DNA of 17,579 nucleotides from a virus (Duplodnaviria; Heunggongvirae; Uroviricota; Caudoviricetes): IMG/VR virus record IMGVR_UViG_2545824714_000011, positions 1 to 17,579 of that record; one strand, 5' to 3'. Shown piece by piece: positions 15,837 to 17,579 of this stretch (position 1 is its first letter; each line of letters starts with the position of its first letter). The notes under the pieces were generated by a model. It saw only the letters and a program-made list of their open reading frames with translations, ran no database searches and was not told where the DNA came from. The position numbers and the translations under genes were made by a program.

Positions 15837-16946
15837 ATGACCGACACCACCATGCAATTGCTCAGTCAGGGCACAGACCCCGTAAAAATGCCGGATTTTG
15901 ATATTCTCGCGGAGGGTAAAACGCTGTCAGGCGTGGCAGAGCGCCTGATGAGCCTGTCACTGACCGACAACCGGGGATTTGAGGCGGACCAGCTCACCAT
16001 CACGCTGGATGATGCGGATGGTCAGTTGCAGCTACCGCCACGGGGCGCGCGCCTGACGGTTCTCATTGGCTGGAAAGGAGAACCGCTGACAGAAAAAGGC
16101 ACTTACATTGTTGATGAAATCGCTCACGAAGGACCGCCGGACAGGCTGACTGTTTCAGCCAGAAGCGCAGATTTTCGGGATGAATTTAACGTTAAACGTG
16201 AGGTGTCCTGGCATGATGTGACCGTTGAGCGTGTGGTATCCGCCATCGCTCATCGGTATGGTCTGAAACCGCAAATCAGCGAAATGCTGATGGATATCGA
16301 AATCGACCACGCCGACCAGACCGAAGAAAGCGACATGTCCTTCCTTACGCGCATGGCGGAAATGCTGGGCGCAATCACTACGGTAAAAAGCGGTAATCTG
16401 TTATTCATCATGCCAGGCGGTGGCGTGAACGCACAGGGCCAGCCGTTGCCCTCGTTCGCCATCACGCGCAGCAGTGGCGATCGCCATCAGTTCCGCATTG
16501 CTGACCGCGAAGCGTATACGGGGGTACGCGCTTACTGGCTTGATCTTAATTACGGGAAAAAGAAAAAAGTCAGCGTGAAACGCCGCAAACCGCCAAAACC
16601 CAAAAAGGAGAAAAGCAGCAGCCGTGAAGGTGATTATATGGAAGGCGCGGAAGGCAATGTGTTTGTGTTACGCAAGACCTATCAGAACGAACAGGCAGCA
16701 AGACGCGCAGCGGCGGCAAAGTGGCAGCAGCTACAACGCGGAGCCGCATCATTCTCCATCACGCTGGCGCGTGGACGTGCAGAACTCTACCCCGAAATGC
16801 ATGGTACGGTAACAGGATTTAAAAGCGAGATTGATAATCAGGACTGGATCATTGCAAAAGCCGAGCACACTATTGATAACAGCGGCTTTACCACGCAGCT
16901 TGAGCTTGAGGCAAAAATCCCGGAATGGATAGCGGAAACAGAGTGA
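15837..16946 (+). CDS. D: Tail protein gpD
   Basis: Start set at the ATG at 15837 with a GGGAGG Shine-Dalgarno; the track ORF begins at 15705. About 369 aa, gpD-like. Divergent from FI across a roughly 157-bp intergenic region. Confidence 0.85.
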   Translation: MTDTTMQLLSQGTDPVKMPDFDILAEGKTLSGVAERLMSLSLTDNRGFEADQLTITLDDADGQLQLPPRGARLTVLIGWKGEPLTEKGTYIVDEIAHEGPPDRLTVSARSADFRDEFNVKREVSWHDVTVERVVSAIAHRYGLKPQISEMLMDIEIDHADQTEESDMSFLTRMAEMLGAITTVKSGNLLFIMPGGGVNAQGQPLPSFAITRSSGDRHQFRIADREAYTGVRAYWLDLNYGKKKKVSVKRRKPPKPKKEKSSSREGDYMEGAEGNVFVLRKTYQNEQAARRAAAAKWQQLQRGAASFSITLARGRAELYPEMHGTVTGFKSEIDNQDWIIAKAEHTIDNSGFTTQLELEAKIPEWIAETE

Positions 16947-16988
16947 GCAACTTAGAATAGCGGCAGCACCACGTTAAGGGAGGTCGCT

Positions 16989-17249
16989 ATGTTCCGTTGT
17001 CCGCTTTGTGGCGCATCTGCCCGTATCCGCACCAGTCGTCCGGAAAATGATTCAAACACCGTGCGGCAAAAGTATTACCAGTGTAACAACCTGGAATGCG
17101 GCGTATGCTTCTCAACACTGGAAGCTTTCCATAAATTCACATCGAAACACGCCTCCGGCGTTCACTCTTCAGAAGGTATCCCGTGGCATGAACTGCCAGC
17201 TTCACACAGGGGAAACAATCAGATGAGCTTGCCTTTACCTCAGAATTAA
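16989..17249 (+). CDS. ogr: Ogr/Delta-family zinc-finger late-gene activator with a C-terminal extension
   Basis: The N-terminus MFRCPLCGASARIRTSR...YYQCNNLEC has the C-x2-C...C-x4-C zinc-finger spacing of P2 Ogr. GGGAGG Shine-Dalgarno. 86 aa against about 72 aa for P2 Ogr. Confidence 0.8.
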   Translation: MFRCPLCGASARIRTSRPENDSNTVRQKYYQCNNLECGVCFSTLEAFHKFTSKHASGVHSSEGIPWHELPASHRGNNQMSLPLPQN

Positions 17250-17438
17250 CAGGCAGAATTGCCGGAGTAACAAAAAAGCGATAGATTACGTGCGGGTGCC
17301 TTTCGGCTGATGGTCGGAGGGAATACCCGAAGGCCGGATGTGGAAAGGCCCCGGAAAACATTTCTGTTTAACCGAGGCCCTAACCCGTCAACCTAGCAAG
17401 TGATAGGTTAGCGCCTCTCCAACAAAGGAGCAAGCGCT

Positions 17439-17579
17439 ATGTCGCAAAAATCGCTTACGGCCATCACGTTCTGCGTGACGGTAATCCTCATCATCTGGAT
17501 GCTGCACGGTTCGCTGTGTGAAATACGGATGAGCTTCTGGGGAGCGGAGTTTGCGGCGTTCTTACAGTGTAAGCAGTAA
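17439..17579 (+). CDS. Hok/Gef/PndA-family type I toxin-like small membrane protein
   Basis: 46-aa ORF below the track cut-off: MSQKSLTAITFCVTVILIIWMLHGSLCEIRMSFWGAEFAAFLQCKQ. An N-terminal transmembrane helix is followed by SLCEIR and EFAAFL, closely matching Hok and PndA as recalled (e.g. PndA ...FTWMIRDSLCELHIK...ELAAFLACK). AAGGAG lies 8 nt upstream. Stop codon is the last three bases of the window. Confidence 0.65.
   Translation: MSQKSLTAITFCVTVILIIWMLHGSLCEIRMSFWGAEFAAFLQCKQ

Noticed and set aside
16555-16630. Lysine/arginine-rich low-complexity stretch in gpD (KKKKVSVKRRKPPKPKKEK)
   Set aside because: Most likely an intrinsic flexible basic linker. I cannot judge from memory whether it is unusual for gpD, so it is not reported as a finding.
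17280-17440. tRNA gene as integration target next to ogr
   Set aside because: No cloverleaf-compatible sequence or T-loop GTTCGAATC-type motif seen. The GC-rich stretch is better explained as the leader of the Hok-like ORF.

Overview
The window is a P2-family (Peduovirus-like) prophage-derived element, most likely from an enterobacterial chromosome, and it looks defective or tail-only. Left to right: a minus-strand rho-independent terminator; a two-gene cargo module sitting directly 3' of the integrase on the same strand; tyrosine integrase; C-type immunity repressor; a 96-bp switch region with two palindromic operator copies; a Cox-like gene followed by four small unknown ORFs; a complete baseplate and tail-fibre operon (V-W-J-I-H-G) on the plus strand; an AT-rich moron encoding a hexapeptide-repeat acetyltransferase; the tail sheath, tube, chaperone, tape-measure and U genes on the minus strand, which is inverted relative to canonical P2 order; gpD and an Ogr-like zinc-finger activator on the plus strand; and a Hok/PndA-like small toxin ORF ending exactly at the window edge. 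No capsid, terminase, replication or lysis genes are present, and the tape-measure gene is split by a frameshift. No rRNA, tRNA, CRISPR array or IS element was seen. The strongest candidates for an undescribed system are the int-proximal two-gene module (192-867) and the acetyltransferase moron (9362-9925). All homology statements come from reading the translations against remembered family sequences, not from database searches.
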